Below are positions 1 to 9,428 of a stretch of 64,000 nucleotides of DNA, piece after piece. How positions within the stretch are numbered: the first letter of the stretch is position 1; every line of letters starts with the position of its first letter. This stretch comes from a virus: positions 6,498-70,497 of the IMG/VR virus record IMGVR_UViG_3300025010_000053. One strand, written 5' to 3'. A program made the translations under genes and the position numbers. The notes beneath the pieces are model-generated. The model saw only the letters and a program-made list of their open reading frames with translations. It made no database searches and was not told the DNA's origin.

Positions 1-2
1 TA

Positions 3-185
3 TCAAATTGCAGTGGCGGTGCGATAGAGGCACACAGAGGTTCTCAGGTGCTTAGTGACACCAATAGCGGCGCTAATAATGTAATTGGATTGCGTGCGTG
101 GTCAACTGGATGTATTGCAAAAAGGCTTAGCCAACCCCCCGGAACCACGCCTGAAGCTACTGTGGACGGCGGCCAAATCAGATAG
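3..185 (+). CDS. 3' end of upstream gene, probable tail fibre/spike C-terminus (partial)
   Basis: Frame 3 is open to TAG at 183-185 and ends ...LSQPPGTTPEATVDGGQIR*, resembling beta-helix tail fibre termini. Confidence 0.45.
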   Translation, partial: SNCSGGAIEAHRGSQVLSDTNSGANNVIGLRAWSTGCIAKRLSQPPGTTPEATVDGGQIR

Positions 186-196
186 GCGGTGATTTC

Positions 197-844
197 TTGA
201 ACTTTTCCTCACCATTAAACATTAACAATGAATTAACCCCGGCAAGCGACTTTATGACAATTGTTGCTGACGTGGCGGACACGCCATTTCTACTGACAAA
301 TGATCCTTTGTTAGCTAGTGGAGTATATGAGCAGAAAGTTAAAAACCGCTTTGGTAGCGTCTTAGTTAATCGTGTGAGAGGTTTTGTGTATACAGACCAA
401 AGCGGCACTTTGTACGTCGAAGAACGGTCGGAAGATGGCACGTGGACAGAGCGAAAGCAGGTTACTGTGACGCTAAACACACAAGCAGACACGGGTTGGG
501 TAGCACTAACTAAAAAAATGTATCGGTTTAGGTACGAAAACAATGCCGACGCGCAGGGAGAGTTATATATTTACCAGGCAGTCGGTTTTGGTTTTTCGGC
601 CGGCATATTCAAAGAACCGTTTAGCGGTAGTGAGACGGTTACACACGTATTCAGTCAGACGATGCGGGGGCTAATGATTAAGAATGACGGCGAAGAATCA
701 CTGTCATTTACTATTGACGATGGCCCTTCTGCTGGTGACACGCGGGAGATACTGCCATATGAGGGTTGGAATTTTAACCTCGAACCTTTTACAACTGTGA
801 CGATAACTACAAATGTTGCTTTCCGTGCTGAAGGAGTGAGTTGA
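197..844 (+). CDS. Hypothetical virion/tail-associated protein
   Basis: 215 aa ORF with RBS aggcggtg, in the tail-region operon. Confidence 0.6.
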   Translation: MNFSSPLNINNELTPASDFMTIVADVADTPFLLTNDPLLASGVYEQKVKNRFGSVLVNRVRGFVYTDQSGTLYVEERSEDGTWTERKQVTVTLNTQADTGWVALTKKMYRFRYENNADAQGELYIYQAVGFGFSAGIFKEPFSGSETVTHVFSQTMRGLMIKNDGEESLSFTIDDGPSAGDTREILPYEGWNFNLEPFTTVTITTNVAFRAEGVS

Positions 845-845
845 G

Positions 846-1238
846 ATGTTTTTTACTCCACCACCGATTACGACAGCGCAAAAAACAAGAGTGCTTGTAT
901 TTGCAGTCTCTGGCCCGATTGAGGCAGGTGTGGTCGATGTACCTATTATGTTTCCAACCAAGGGACGCGTTATCCAGGTTGCCGCAAGTTGTCATGTGCC
1001 AAGCAGTACATTGGTTAGTTTATCGGTAGAAAAGACTACTGAGATGGACTTTGCAGCAAATACAGGCTGGCAGTCTATTACCGTTAGTCAAATTCTACTT
1101 CAAGGAGGCAGCAAAGTAAGCGACCCGGCAACGCCAAGAGGTGATCCTATCTCGGAAAGGGATTACTTTAGACTAAACATCTTGGATGAAGTTGCAGGCC
1201 TGGAAGGTTTGTCTGTCGAAGTAGTTATTTTAGTTTAG
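846..1238 (+). CDS. Hypothetical tail-region protein
   Basis: 130 aa ORF coupled to the previous stop; beta-rich. Confidence 0.6.
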   Translation: MFFTPPPITTAQKTRVLVFAVSGPIEAGVVDVPIMFPTKGRVIQVAASCHVPSSTLVSLSVEKTTEMDFAANTGWQSITVSQILLQGGSKVSDPATPRGDPISERDYFRLNILDEVAGLEGLSVEVVILV

Positions 1239-1249
1239 GAGGGGGTTCT

Positions 1250-1744
1250 ATGGGAGCACCAATTTTAACTTTACGAGATCCGATTACTTTACAAGAAATA
1301 CCGCTTACTCTTGCAGCATCCGGTGGGTTTAATCCTGGCATTGTCCGGGCAGGTGGTCAGTCGGAAGAAAAGAGGATTTTAGTTTGCAATAATTTTGACG
1401 GTGTGGACGGTGTTACAGATGCCCACGACTTGACCGTAACGACTTATGACGATTTGAGCTTTAACGAGGTTAAGCCTCCGGTTGTTGGCAAGTGGCTAAA
1501 TGTCCGCTGTCAATCGCTCGGAGACGCTGAATTTACTGCAGTAGGAGGAGTCAGTAACGATCATATAATCGGAGCTGCTGGCACTCCTGGTGTATTGAGC
1601 GGGGTAAAGCCTGCCGGTGCAAGTATGGAGCTTACCGACACTGCAAACTATGCGGATATTTCCCTGAGACTTAACGTTCCTGCTGACTGTATTGACTTTG
1701 GGGATCACGTCATGCAGACGGTTTTTGTATATACGCATGTCTAG
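1250..1744 (+). CDS. Hypothetical tail-region protein
   Basis: 164 aa ORF with RBS aggaggggg. Confidence 0.65.
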   Translation: MGAPILTLRDPITLQEIPLTLAASGGFNPGIVRAGGQSEEKRILVCNNFDGVDGVTDAHDLTVTTYDDLSFNEVKPPVVGKWLNVRCQSLGDAEFTAVGGVSNDHIIGAAGTPGVLSGVKPAGASMELTDTANYADISLRLNVPADCIDFGDHVMQTVFVYTHV

Positions 1745-2192
1745 GCAAAGATTGTTTTGGTTGGCTCAATACGCTGATGGGAAGCAGTTATCTGAGCGTG
1801 AAGGGGTAAGTTTTAGCCTAGTCGATAGATCAAAGCTAATTTCTTTTGGTTTGGAAGGTAACGGCTTTAGAAACTATTTTGATATGGCCGGGACATTTTG
1901 GGTGCAAGGACAGAGGTTTGAGGTGGGACGTGACGGACATAGGTTTACGCCTGGTGAGATACTGCAGTATAAGCACTCTGCTTTTGCTTTAGGTGCGGGC
2001 AGTAGGATTATTCAGCACAATATTGGATTTAGCTGCAATGATGCCAAAGTGCTGTTGTGTGTTCCGACAACAGGGAATCCCGCTTATTTAAAAGCTGAAA
2101 CTGCCGACGAGAGCAGTTTTTTTGTTGCTCGAAATGGCGTGACATTAAGTCAGGTGCGGGTCAATTGCATGAAATGGGAATTAAAGAGGTGA
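1737..2192 (+). CDS. Hypothetical protein
   Basis: ATG at 1737 overlaps the previous stop (MSRQRLFWLAQY...). Confidence 0.6.
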   Translation: MSRQRLFWLAQYADGKQLSEREGVSFSLVDRSKLISFGLEGNGFRNYFDMAGTFWVQGQRFEVGRDGHRFTPGEILQYKHSAFALGAGSRIIQHNIGFSCNDAKVLLCVPTTGNPAYLKAETADESSFFVARNGVTLSQVRVNCMKWELKR

Positions 2193-2196
2193 GAAT

Positions 2197-4728
2197 ATGT
2201 CAGTTGGGCAACAATTATTAGCTCCCGAAGCTGGGTGGGTTAGATTTGACGGGTCAGATCCTAGGGTGGTTTTTATTGCTCCCTCTTCTGCGGCAGTAAA
2301 TCAATGGAAATCAGACGCTAATGCACAATATTATAATGGTGAAGATAGATACTCAGCGGTTATAGGAGCTAGAATATCGTTCCTATTTACTGGAACTAGA
2401 ATAAGATTACTTGATGTGGGAGATCAGTACAGGGCTTATGATGTATCGGTATCAATTGACGGAGTAAGTCAAACAGTATCTTTAGCTAATCTGGGTCCCC
2501 CTCAGACTGTGTTCTTTGAAAAAACTGGACTTCCCAATACAAAACATACTGTACTAATAACTCTGAATGTTGCGAATTATATGGGTTTTGACTGCGTCGA
2601 CATAGATAGTGGTTGCGAGATATTTCATCCTGCATTAGCAAATATGAGAACTGCTTTTGCAGATGTGAGTGTTATTGGAGATTATTTAAAAGCTAGGTAT
2701 GCTGCTTTGAGTGGTGCATTTGGGGCAATATTCGAAGTTGGTAATTGCACTAAGCCAGCCATATTACCTTCTGGGACTGCCACGCCAGATGGTTCATTTC
2801 TCCTGATATTTTGTGGATATGATTCTGAAGGGCGTAAATTATTTATAGCAGATAGAAATATTCAGCATAGCATATCCTACTCCACCCTAGATGCTGCTGG
2901 CATAACTACGGGCATTTCGATACTAGATAGTCCCGGGGTGAAATGTACTCTACAATTACCGACAGGCGGATCTAGCAGTACCGATAAGGATAATGAATGG
3001 GATAATATAGTCGCTGGCTCGTCACTTGGGGGACTTATTACTCCCGGCGATACAAATGTGTGGAATTGGCGTGGTTCTTTAGCAGCAACATGGACAGTTA
3101 ATACTACGACAAACACCAACAAGGTTACCAGAGGAGAGTACAGCTACTCTGGTACTGTCTACGGAACTAATGACGTTTCTTTTTACACAACTCAAAATCC
3201 TAGCACTGCGTCTAATGTAGCAGGATTTAGACCTGTACTTTTGGTTGAATCAACGATATCTGTTAATAACTTAATGACTACTCCGTCATTAGTGCACAAT
3301 TCTAATATTGCACTAACCTGCACATGTACAGCAGAAACTCAAGTCAAATATCAGGTTTCTGTAAACGGCGTGGTTGTGATCCCTTATGGGATATTAGCAT
3401 CTTCTCCAATTAGTGTTAATTTAACATTAGATAACTCCTTGTTTATTGTTGGGACTAACACGGTTCAAGTAACAGCAATGAACGCGATGTCTGAAGCAGT
3501 CTCAGCATCAACCACTGTAACTAAAACCAATATAGCGCCAACCATAAGTGCAATATCGAATACGATCACAAGTTTAGTTGTCAGAATATTAGACGCTGAC
3601 GCCGACAGTGTATCGTACAAGATAGAGCGCTTAGATAGCGATGGAGTAGTTTTGAGCACTATTATCGGAGAGAGAATAGCAGAACTAGATACAGATATTT
3701 TTATTGACCTATCATCCATTGACTTTTATGTCGGAGATCGGATTAAAATCACTACTACTGATGAAATCGGGGCGGTTACTGCACAGATAGTTGACCCTGT
3801 TATTCCTGACGCTGTGATTACAAATCCGGCAGTGGTATCTAATATACACATCGGGGACTCAGAGCTTACCGCTACATTAACAACCGACAAGGGAGAAATG
3901 CTTTACCGCGTCCTGAAAGACGGGGTGGAGATATACCCTTGGGAGCAGGTTACTTCTCCTGTAAACATAGACAAGGCATTGGCAAACAATCTATTTACTG
4001 TCGCTACTGTAAGCACAATAACGCTTGAAGTCAAGAATACTGCTGGAAAAACTGCTTCGTGGCAGGGCTTTGTGACGAAAAATAACACGCGTCCGAGCGT
4101 TACAGCGTCTACCAGTCATATGACATTAACGGCTAATATAACTGACCCGGAGTCAGACACGACGCGGTACAAGCTCAAAGTAAATGGTGTGCAGGTATAT
4201 CCTGAGAGTGACTTTACCGACTTTTTGCCGACTCCTATTGACATTAGCTACAGATTTAATGCCTCAGACGTTATTATTGATGAGCAAAATACACTGCTAA
4301 TTGAATTTGAGGACTCTTTGGGTAGTGCCGGATCATGGGCAATGCCGTTTACGCCTACCTATCAAAATATAATGCTTTTAAATAACGGTCTGTATATGTC
4401 AGATGACATGAGGAATGTATTGAATCGTCCTGACCTAGGCATTGTTAAAGCCGGTGGTATGTCAAGCGTTCTGGAGCTTATGGCCAAGAACATGACCGGA
4501 AAGACGCTGGCAGGTGTACGCATTTGGACTGATACAGTCAATGAGGGACAGACCTATCAATTCAGCAGGACAGCAACTCCGTTTGTAGCGGAAAATGATT
4601 TGTTGATTGAGGAAGAGCTTGTGGACGGTGCAAGTGCTACTTTTTATATGCGTGTTGTGTTGGCGCAGACTGTTACTGCTCCATCGTCTGTAGTCAAGGT
4701 CAGAGTGGAAGAAGTGATAGGGGCGTGA
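2197..4728 (+). CDS. Tail fibre / receptor-binding-like protein (jelly-roll module, C-type-lectin-like domain ending GFRPVL, Ig-like repeats)
   Basis: 843 aa; motifs IADRNIQHSIS...NEWDNIV...VTRG...GFRPVLLVE; Thr/Ser/Val-rich C-terminal domains; sits upstream of the lysis genes. Confidence 0.65.
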   Translation: MSVGQQLLAPEAGWVRFDGSDPRVVFIAPSSAAVNQWKSDANAQYYNGEDRYSAVIGARISFLFTGTRIRLLDVGDQYRAYDVSVSIDGVSQTVSLANLGPPQTVFFEKTGLPNTKHTVLITLNVANYMGFDCVDIDSGCEIFHPALANMRTAFADVSVIGDYLKARYAALSGAFGAIFEVGNCTKPAILPSGTATPDGSFLLIFCGYDSEGRKLFIADRNIQHSISYSTLDAAGITTGISILDSPGVKCTLQLPTGGSSSTDKDNEWDNIVAGSSLGGLITPGDTNVWNWRGSLAATWTVNTTTNTNKVTRGEYSYSGTVYGTNDVSFYTTQNPSTASNVAGFRPVLLVESTISVNNLMTTPSLVHNSNIALTCTCTAETQVKYQVSVNGVVVIPYGILASSPISVNLTLDNSLFIVGTNTVQVTAMNAMSEAVSASTTVTKTNIAPTISAISNTITSLVVRILDADADSVSYKIERLDSDGVVLSTIIGERIAELDTDIFIDLSSIDFYVGDRIKITTTDEIGAVTAQIVDPVIPDAVITNPAVVSNIHIGDSELTATLTTDKGEMLYRVLKDGVEIYPWEQVTSPVNIDKALANNLFTVATVSTITLEVKNTAGKTASWQGFVTKNNTRPSVTASTSHMTLTANITDPESDTTRYKLKVNGVQVYPESDFTDFLPTPIDISYRFNASDVIIDEQNTLLIEFEDSLGSAGSWAMPFTPTYQNIMLLNNGLYMSDDMRNVLNRPDLGIVKAGGMSSVLELMAKNMTGKTLAGVRIWTDTVNEGQTYQFSRTATPFVAENDLLIEEELVDGASATFYMRVVLAQTVTAPSSVVKVRVEEVIGA

Positions 4729-4732
4729 TGCT

Positions 4733-5479
4733 GTGTACAGCAATGACGCTGAGGTATCGCTTAAGACAGGCAATGTCCTGTCCCTTGAAACAGCTTTCAC
4801 AGTTGAGGTTGGTGAGGCCCTATGTCTAGAAACTGGCTTCGTTGTGCCATGGACAAACAATGGGGAAATAGATTTAGCTGTCGGAAAGATTCTGGCACTA
4901 GAGACTAGATTTGTTGTTGAAGTCGGCGAAGCTCTAGGACTAGAAACTGCTTTTGCAGTACCATGGCTAAATGACGCTGAGGTATCGCTTAAGACAGGCA
5001 ATGTCCTGTCCCTTGAAACAGCTTTCACAGTTGAGGTTGGTGAGGCCCTATGTCTAGAAACTGGCTTCGTTGTGCCATACTCGAATAGTGCAGAAATTAG
5101 TTTCAGTATTGACGTTATTGCATCTGGTTTTCTTTCTGTCTATCTTGACACTATAGCTCCTGTTCTGAATATTACTGCGCCTGTCAGCGTGGTAAAAGGC
5201 GAGGATATTGCGGTTCATGTTACGAGCAGTGAGGATTTGGATAACTGGCAGGAGGTTGTCATTAAAGATTCTGCCGGTAATAGTCATGTCGTCACTGGTT
5301 ATTTCGTTAACAAGAGAACGTGGCAGGGCATGATTAGCAGTTCTGTACTGTCTGTCGGTACTGCCCTGGTAACTGCTAGTTTTCGCGATGAGGTGCATAA
5401 CGACGCTACCGAAACGTCAAGTGTCAATATAGCAAGGTCTGTTTTGCTCAGAATGAAAGTTCGAGTGTTCATAATTTGA
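4733..5479 (+). CDS. Repeat-containing Ig-like virion protein
   Basis: Three 38-aa repeats followed by an Ig-like LDTIAPVLNIT domain. Confidence 0.6.
   Translation: MYSNDAEVSLKTGNVLSLETAFTVEVGEALCLETGFVVPWTNNGEIDLAVGKILALETRFVVEVGEALGLETAFAVPWLNDAEVSLKTGNVLSLETAFTVEVGEALCLETGFVVPYSNSAEISFSIDVIASGFLSVYLDTIAPVLNITAPVSVVKGEDIAVHVTSSEDLDNWQEVVIKDSAGNSHVVTGYFVNKRTWQGMISSSVLSVGTALVTASFRDEVHNDATETSSVNIARSVLLRMKVRVFII
4742..5078 (+). repeat. 114-nt period tandem repeat; units 1 and 3 identical over 109 bp (4742-4850 = 4970-5078)
   Basis: Direct sequence comparison. Confidence 0.9.
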
Positions 5480-5524
5480 TCCGTAAGGGTCAATTAATAT
5501 AACTAAATAGGGGAGGGATTTAAA

Positions 5525-6205
5525 ATGGCAAGTAGTATTGAGGTGAATTTAGACATGAGTGGTCCGGCAAATCCAAGTATTTCTCTTGATGGTGGAGCAA
5601 CCTATTCAACATCTCTATTATGCAACAGCACTATTGGCACTGACGATGTAATTACGACTGGGTACCAAATGAAGCTTTGGGGAGACGTTGACGAGTCTGA
5701 AAACGTAAATATCCAGACTGCTGAGGAAGATTCTGAATGGATAAGTTTCAGCACGTCTCAGCAAATTAAGTGGTCTGCCGGTGACGGTACTAAGACTATT
5801 AACTTAAGATTGCGTGACGATGTTTTAAACGAATCAACTGTCGCAACCGACACCATTATCTTGGACACTACTTCACCCATTATTACGATTACTGGTGGCC
5901 CGACTCCGGCCAAGATTTCCAAGGTAACCGGTAAGCGCGTAACTACCTTCAGCTTCCGCTCTGACGAAGGGTTTGAGGCTTACGAGGTTATGGTAGTAGC
6001 TAATGCCGGTGATGGACATGCCTCTGGTACCTTGATTGGAGTAGTAAATGGCTCTGTGAATATGTCAGGTAGTGCAGGCGGGTATGCTGCAGACACTGAC
6101 ATTGAATGCACCTTAGACGGCGCAGATTTAGAGACTGCTGGTGCTGAGGGTGTTAACGTCATTAAGGTATTTGTGCAAGACGAGGCAGGCAACTGGTCTA
6201 TCTAA
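5525..6205 (+). CDS. Ig-like domain virion protein
   Basis: 226 aa, acidic and beta-rich; LDTTSP and VQDEAGNWS motifs; RBS gggaggg. Confidence 0.6.
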   Translation: MASSIEVNLDMSGPANPSISLDGGATYSTSLLCNSTIGTDDVITTGYQMKLWGDVDESENVNIQTAEEDSEWISFSTSQQIKWSAGDGTKTINLRLRDDVLNESTVATDTIILDTTSPIITITGGPTPAKISKVTGKRVTTFSFRSDEGFEAYEVMVVANAGDGHASGTLIGVVNGSVNMSGSAGGYAADTDIECTLDGADLETAGAEGVNVIKVFVQDEAGNWSI

Positions 6206-6364
6206 TCTATCTAGTTGCTTAATTATAAGGAGGGCGAAGGCTCTCCTTTACATAATCATTAATTGTTTTTACGCGTAATATTTGAGGTATACAAAAAGTA
6301 TACAAGTATACCTATGTATACCTCTTCGGAGGTTATTTTTATTTGGTTACCGGGAGATGGTTTT

Positions 6365-6778
6365 ATGGATTTCAACAGAATAAAAGTATGCGCGGGAGTG
6401 CTTGGGACTGCAGTTGGCAGCTCCCTGGGGGCAGTGTTGGGAGGGTGGGACGCGCTACTCAAAGCCTTAGTTATTTTTATCGTGTTGGATTATATTAGTG
6501 GTCTTATTGCCTCTGGCTTTGAAGGCAGGCTTAGCAGTAGGATAGGTTTTCGGGGGGTAGCTAAGAAGGTTTTTATCCTCATACTGGTAGCTGTAGCCTA
6601 TATTATTGATCAACTGATTGGAGCGAACATGATACGTGACGCTGTTGTTGGCTTTTATCTCGGTATAGAGGGACTATCTATACTTGAAAACGCAGGTAGG
6701 GTGGGCATTCCGTTACCTGCTATCTTAAAAAATATGCTAGAAATTTTGAAGTCCAAGAAACAGGAGCAAGGGAAATAA
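6365..6778 (+). CDS. Phage holin (toxin secretion/phage lysis holin family)
   Basis: LGGWDALLKALVIFIVLDYISG...EGLSILENAGRVGIPLP motif. Confidence 0.9.
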   Translation: MDFNRIKVCAGVLGTAVGSSLGAVLGGWDALLKALVIFIVLDYISGLIASGFEGRLSSRIGFRGVAKKVFILILVAVAYIIDQLIGANMIRDAVVGFYLGIEGLSILENAGRVGIPLPAILKNMLEILKSKKQEQGK

Positions 6779-6801
6779 GTTATTTGTTAGGAGTGATGAG
6801 T

Positions 6802-8037
6802 ATGAGAAAAAAACCCGTTCATTACCTGCAATACGACCCTAAGTGGGGTAAAATAATGTTCTCTAACCACAACGACACTAAACAAACAATCGCTTCGTCC
6901 GGTTGTGGTGCTGCGTCATCTGCAATGGTACTTGCTACTTTGCGCGATCCTGCTATTGCGCCGGAAGGTGTGGCTTATGACATAATGGATAGCGGCTATC
7001 GTACCTATAATAATGGCGTAGACTGGGCATGGTTTCCGGTCATGGCTAAAAAATATGGGCTTAGAATGAAGCAAACAACTTCAACTGATGAGACAATTGA
7101 GGAACTCAAGAACAACGCCTTGGTTGTTGCAAGTATGGGCCCGGGATATTTCACAAAGTTTGGCCACTATATTTTGTTGTGGAACGTTGATGAAGCTAAC
7201 AAGATTATTTACGTCAATGATCCGAACAGTACTACCAGAACCAAAGCAGCCTACGACATATTCAAGAAGCAGGCAAGGCAGTATTTCATATTTTACGGGG
7301 AGGCAAAAGGCATGGAGCCAAAACAATTCATCAGTCTACTAGTTCCTGATGCTCAAAAGTTGCAACTGGAATTTGGTATTTTTGCTTCTGTAACGTTAGC
7401 GCAAGCAGCACTGGAAACCGGTTGGGGAAAATTTATGCCAAAGGATAAAAATACCGGTCAGGTAAGCTATAATTTATTCGGCGTAAAAGGTAAGGGTACA
7501 GCCGGTAGCGTACTGTCCCGGACATGGGAGGTATATGACGGCAAGCGGGTTGAAATAGATGCACAATTCAGAGCTTATAATAATTATCTGGAAAGCCTAC
7601 GGGATCATCATGCGTTTCTTATGCAGGACCGTTACATCCCTGTTTGCCAGGCAGTAACACCTGGGGAAGCAGCTGAACAGTTATACAAATGTGGCTATGC
7701 AACTGACCCTGATTATCCAAAGAAGCTTATTGATATAATAAATACCCATAATCTGCAGCAGTATGATATTGTAGTTGCAGAGTGGGCGAGGGAATCATGG
7801 CGGAAGGCTATGGCAAAAGGCATTCTGGATGGCACAAACCCGCAGGGGGCAGTAACCCGGGAAATGCTGGCTGTAATGTTGAACCGCTGTGGATTGCTTG
7901 ACGCAGCTGAGATTCCGCAAAGCTTTGTAGATGCGCTGAAAGCTGCAGGGATAATCAGTAGTGACCACCCTGTTGGCGCAAGGCCGACATGGGGAGAGCT
8001 AGCTTCAGTGATTAGTAAGCTGGAAGTTAAGAAGTAA
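6802..8037 (+). CDS. Endolysin: C39-like cysteine peptidase + GH73 glucosaminidase + C-terminal cell-wall-binding region
   Basis: SGCGAASSAMV and GHYILL; AQAALETGWG, NLFGVKG, GYATDPDY; between two holins. Confidence 0.88.
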   Translation: MRKKPVHYLQYDPKWGKIMFSNHNDTKQTIASSGCGAASSAMVLATLRDPAIAPEGVAYDIMDSGYRTYNNGVDWAWFPVMAKKYGLRMKQTTSTDETIEELKNNALVVASMGPGYFTKFGHYILLWNVDEANKIIYVNDPNSTTRTKAAYDIFKKQARQYFIFYGEAKGMEPKQFISLLVPDAQKLQLEFGIFASVTLAQAALETGWGKFMPKDKNTGQVSYNLFGVKGKGTAGSVLSRTWEVYDGKRVEIDAQFRAYNNYLESLRDHHAFLMQDRYIPVCQAVTPGEAAEQLYKCGYATDPDYPKKLIDIINTHNLQQYDIVVAEWARESWRKAMAKGILDGTNPQGAVTREMLAVMLNRCGLLDAAEIPQSFVDALKAAGIISSDHPVGARPTWGELASVISKLEVKK

Positions 8038-8095
8038 TCTTTGGCCCTGGCTCACGCTGGGGCTTCTTAAATTTTAAAATGGAGGTGCAGTTAGC

Positions 8096-8569
8096 ATGGA
8101 TTTAAGTCAATTCACCCCGGACATGGACACGGCCATTAAGTCACTAATAAGTATACTACTCACAATGGGTGCTTATTATCTTAGGCAGCATTTCACCGAG
8201 AAACAAATGGCTACTGCCAAGGGCATTGCTAAGATAGCTGTGTCTGCAACTGAGCAGTATGCAGCAATAAAGGGAATTAGGGGCGAGGATAAACTGAGTG
8301 ATGCTATTTTGCGGGCTGTTGGGTTAGGAAAAGCGTCAAGGATTAAGTACACTGACGACAAGTGGGATAGCTTAATCCATGATGCGCTGGCTGAGGTTAA
8401 GAAAGTTTGGAACACTACAGACACTACCACCGCCACAGCGCAAACTACCGACATGGTTGTTACTGCTGAATTCGATCAGCTAAAATCAGGGGTAGAGGCG
8501 TCAATTGAACAGTTGCAGAAACAAATAGCTAACTTTTCTGCAGGGGTTATTTTGAAAAAATTAGGCTAA
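8096..8569 (+). CDS. Second holin (LL-H-like)
   Basis: N-terminal TM, IAVSATEQ...G.DKL..A motif, RBS ggaggtg. Confidence 0.7.
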   Translation: MDLSQFTPDMDTAIKSLISILLTMGAYYLRQHFTEKQMATAKGIAKIAVSATEQYAAIKGIRGEDKLSDAILRAVGLGKASRIKYTDDKWDSLIHDALAEVKKVWNTTDTTTATAQTTDMVVTAEFDQLKSGVEASIEQLQKQIANFSAGVILKKLG

Positions 8570-8596
8570 AATAACATAACGCGAATTAATTTTGTG

Positions 8597-8646
8597 CCTC
8601 GGAACTGTCAAAGAAATGTTGACGGTTGCCGGGGCTTTTTTATTTT
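8597..8646. terminator. Bidirectional intrinsic terminator at the end of the late operon
   Basis: Long stem gcctcggaactgtcaa / ttgacggttgccggggc followed by a T-tract. Confidence 0.75.
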
Positions 8647-8650
8647 CCGA

Positions 8651-9115
8651 TTAAGTTTTATATTTCCTGCCCTTAATAGGCAACCCCGTAACATGGTTCC
8701 ATGTGTAACCGTTAATTATTCTGGAAACTGCACTCAGGTGGACATGGAATCTTTTAGCCAACTCTAATTGTGTAACTCCACCTTTATTATATGTAGTAAA
8801 TATTTCTTCTACCTGCTCTTTGGTCAGTATGGCGTGCGGATGCCGGTCCCCGATGGCCGGATTTGGCCTATGTGCTATTTTAATTCTTGTTTCCTCAGAT
8901 TTCTCTATCCCCCTATGACCTGCGGCAATACGTTCCCGATGCTGTAGGGTGTATTTTCTGCCGAGGATGGGGGAAGGCTTTCCGATCTTACCTTTCCTGG
9001 CATTCCTTAGCTTCTCTTTTGTTTCTTCGGTGCACTTATAACTTCCGCGCTCCCTCCTTGTTGCAACCATTTTAGCTATCCGCTCAGATGTGTATTTCGT
9101 TGCCAATATCACCAA
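8651..9115 (-). CDS. NUMOD3-repeat + HTH DNA-binding protein (homing-endonuclease C-terminal part, no nuclease domain seen)
   Basis: EETKEKLR and KSEETRIKI NUMOD3 motifs; GDRHPHAILTKEQV...TQLELAKRFHVHLSAVSRIINGYTW HTH. Confidence 0.7.
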   Translation of the reverse strand: MVILATKYTSERIAKMVATRRERGSYKCTEETKEKLRNARKGKIGKPSPILGRKYTLQHRERIAAGHRGIEKSEETRIKIAHRPNPAIGDRHPHAILTKEQVEEIFTTYNKGGVTQLELAKRFHVHLSAVSRIINGYTWNHVTGLPIKGRKYKT

Positions 9116-9305
9116 CCTCCCTTATTAAAACTATATCAGAAAATATTTATTTTGGAAAACTTTTTATGAAATATGTTGAAGGCTAGGAAAAGCGGAGGGA
9201 CATGGTTAGTAGAGAGCGTATGGGGAAAGGCCGGGCGAATAGCTAGGTTATCACTTCTAAACTTACCACTAAGTTATTTTCCTCAAAACTACTTTCAGCA
9301 GGGAG

Positions 9306-9334
9306 TTGTGACCTTGATGCTAAAATGGTATGAT
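9306..9334 (+). promoter_or_regulatory. sigmaA-type promoter of small RNA copy 1
   Basis: TTGTGA-17 nt-TATGAT with TG extension. Confidence 0.7.
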
Positions 9335-9340
9335 ATAGCC

Positions 9341-9410
9341 AACAGATCCTCCCGCGCCTCTCGACGCATGTCGTGATCATGTGAAGCGTACCAGGGGAGG
9401 ACGGCCTTTT
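9341..9410 (+). ncRNA. Small structured RNA, copy 1 (candidate antitoxin-like RNA)
   Basis: aacagatcctcccgcgcctc...gcgtaccaggggaggac shared with 24706-24750; TCCTCCC/GGGAGGA stem; own promoter. Confidence 0.6.
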
Positions 9411-9428
9411 CAGTACGGAAACATTTGT

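Noticed and set aside
4462-5028. Minus-strand 188-aa ORF with an internal repeat
   Set aside because: Antisense shadow of the repeat-containing tail genes; no RBS
9173-9300. Purine-rich segment with two GCTAGG copies, a possible extra sRNA
   Set aside because: No convincing stems; adequately explained as the 5' leader of the NUMOD3 gene
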